From Chiloscyllium plagiosum (taxonomy: Eukaryota): a DNA stretch of 64,000 nucleotides. Positions 62,661-64,000 of the stretch are shown in pieces. Numbering within the stretch: position 1 is the first letter of the stretch; the number at the start of each line of letters is the position of its first letter. The position numbers and the translations under genes were made by a program. The stretch spans positions 71,614,800-71,678,799 of the forward strand of contig NC_057719.1 of NCBI RefSeq assembly GCF_004010195.1, in the 5' to 3' direction. Under the pieces are notes generated by a model. The model worked only from the letters and a program-made list of their open reading frames with translations, did not search any database and was not told where the DNA came from.

Positions 62661-64000
62661 CAAGGAAACGTGATGGATGCTAAGGAACTGGAGAGAATGG
62701 GAACCGTCTTCCCAGGAGCAAAGTGAGGACATTGATGAGTAGAAACCTCACCTTGCGTATGACAGACCTTAGCTGCATTGGGAGCTCTGAGTCAGACAGG
62801 ACGTACTTGACACCCGATACCAGCAGATAAGACAATCCCTGACTGTAAAATAGTTGCTGGTCAACATGTAAGTGACTCGTTTGTATGCAGCAAGCAAAGT
62901 GCAGCTTCTGTTTCTTTTCTTTCTAATCACTTTTAGAGTTTGCAAACACAGGATAATCTTTGAATTTGCTTGACGGCTTCCCTGTATGTGACGGTCTCTC
63001 GCTGAACAACAAGAAGATGCAAGGGTACAGTGGGCAAAGAATTGCAGTAACACAGAGAAGGCAGTAAGGTAGAATGTGGGTAAGGGCAGGTACAGTGGCA
63101 GTTAAACAGTAACTGAGATAACTGGCATTGAAAACCAACACCTGAATTACATGACTATTTTAATCTTGATGCACATCTGGCAGCACAACAAAAGTGGCAG
63201 AAGAAGTGCACTATTAGTCAGAGTGAGCCATTCTGAGAAATGAACCTGTTTCCATTGAAGAGAGGGTACAAATTCAGGTCAAAGGATCAAGGATAAAGGG
63301 TTTACAAGCAGTTTATTCATCTTGGAATGCTATCGTGATCGGATAGTATGTGGGATTGTATGTGTGAGAAGTGCTAGCCAGACCACCTTTGTGCCATGAG
63401 AAGCATGTGTTTATGACTACTGTGTAATTACATTGATGGTGAAAGGCAACCTTGGACTGCCAATGCTTGTCCAGATTTTCGGCCGGGGTAATAAGATGGC
63501 GCTGACGCCAAGAATGTCAGTCTATTCTGACATAGCAAAGCACGAACAGGTTCTTCCAGTGAGTGTGAGCTGAATGCGTGAGAAAACTCTCCAGGCCTCA
63601 CGGACAGAAATCTTCCACAAAATCCGATAAAATTGACCCTGAGCCAAAGAATTGTAAGATTCAGCACATGGTCTTCCATACAGTATTTCGTTGCATTTTA
63701 TTTATGAAATGCATTGTTTAAAGTTAGGCAACCTGAGCAAATTAGTGCAATTCAACTCTACTACAGAAGACGTTATAAACACTACACTGCTAAATAAAAC
63801 ATACTACATATCAAATAAATGGCCAGAACCACTTGATTGGTTAAAGACTTGACAGCCTGATGAATACCACACAATGACTGAGTAATGAAAGCTGTTCAAG
63901 AACGTAACATTCAATCCATTAAGCATGAGGCCTCCAATAGCAATGTGTAATTGGTTCTACCCGATGATGATAGCATTCCAAGATGAATAAATTGCTTGTA

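Noticed and set aside
1..64000. CRISPR array, rRNA or prokaryotic operon
   Set aside because: No regularly spaced repeat-spacer units or rRNA-like sequence; content is vertebrate interspersed repeats

Overview
Repeat-dense, apparently gene-poor vertebrate DNA, most likely from a cartilaginous fish (inferred from HE1-like tRNA SINEs and CR1/HER1-like LINE tails). No host protein-coding exon could be supported; almost every long ORF is a transposon remnant. The main feature is a near full-length Tx1-clade non-LTR retrotransposon (4463-10755, +). It has a triple zinc-knuckle ORF1 and an APE-RT-CCHC ORF2, both degraded. It begins exactly with a diverged copy of U2 snRNA nt 1-37 and carries a U1-like 21-mer in its 5' UTR, yet it sits in an old CR1 fragment (15-bp TSD), not in a U2 gene. 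Nested in its ORF2 is a 5'-truncated relative made only of an ORF1 C-terminus, a Tx1-type 3' UTR and poly(A), with its own 22-bp TSD: a candidate ORF1-only 'half-Tx1' non-autonomous partner. The window also holds roughly 15 Penelope-like terminal repeats with minimal hammerhead-ribozyme cores (several intact, some as TSD-flanked fold-back mini-elements), many CR1-type LINE pieces, SINEs, Harbinger, hAT and Gypsy remnants, two MITEs, solo-LTR-like inserts and three assembly gaps. Family assignments are by eye from recalled consensus sequences; boundaries of old repeats are approximate.
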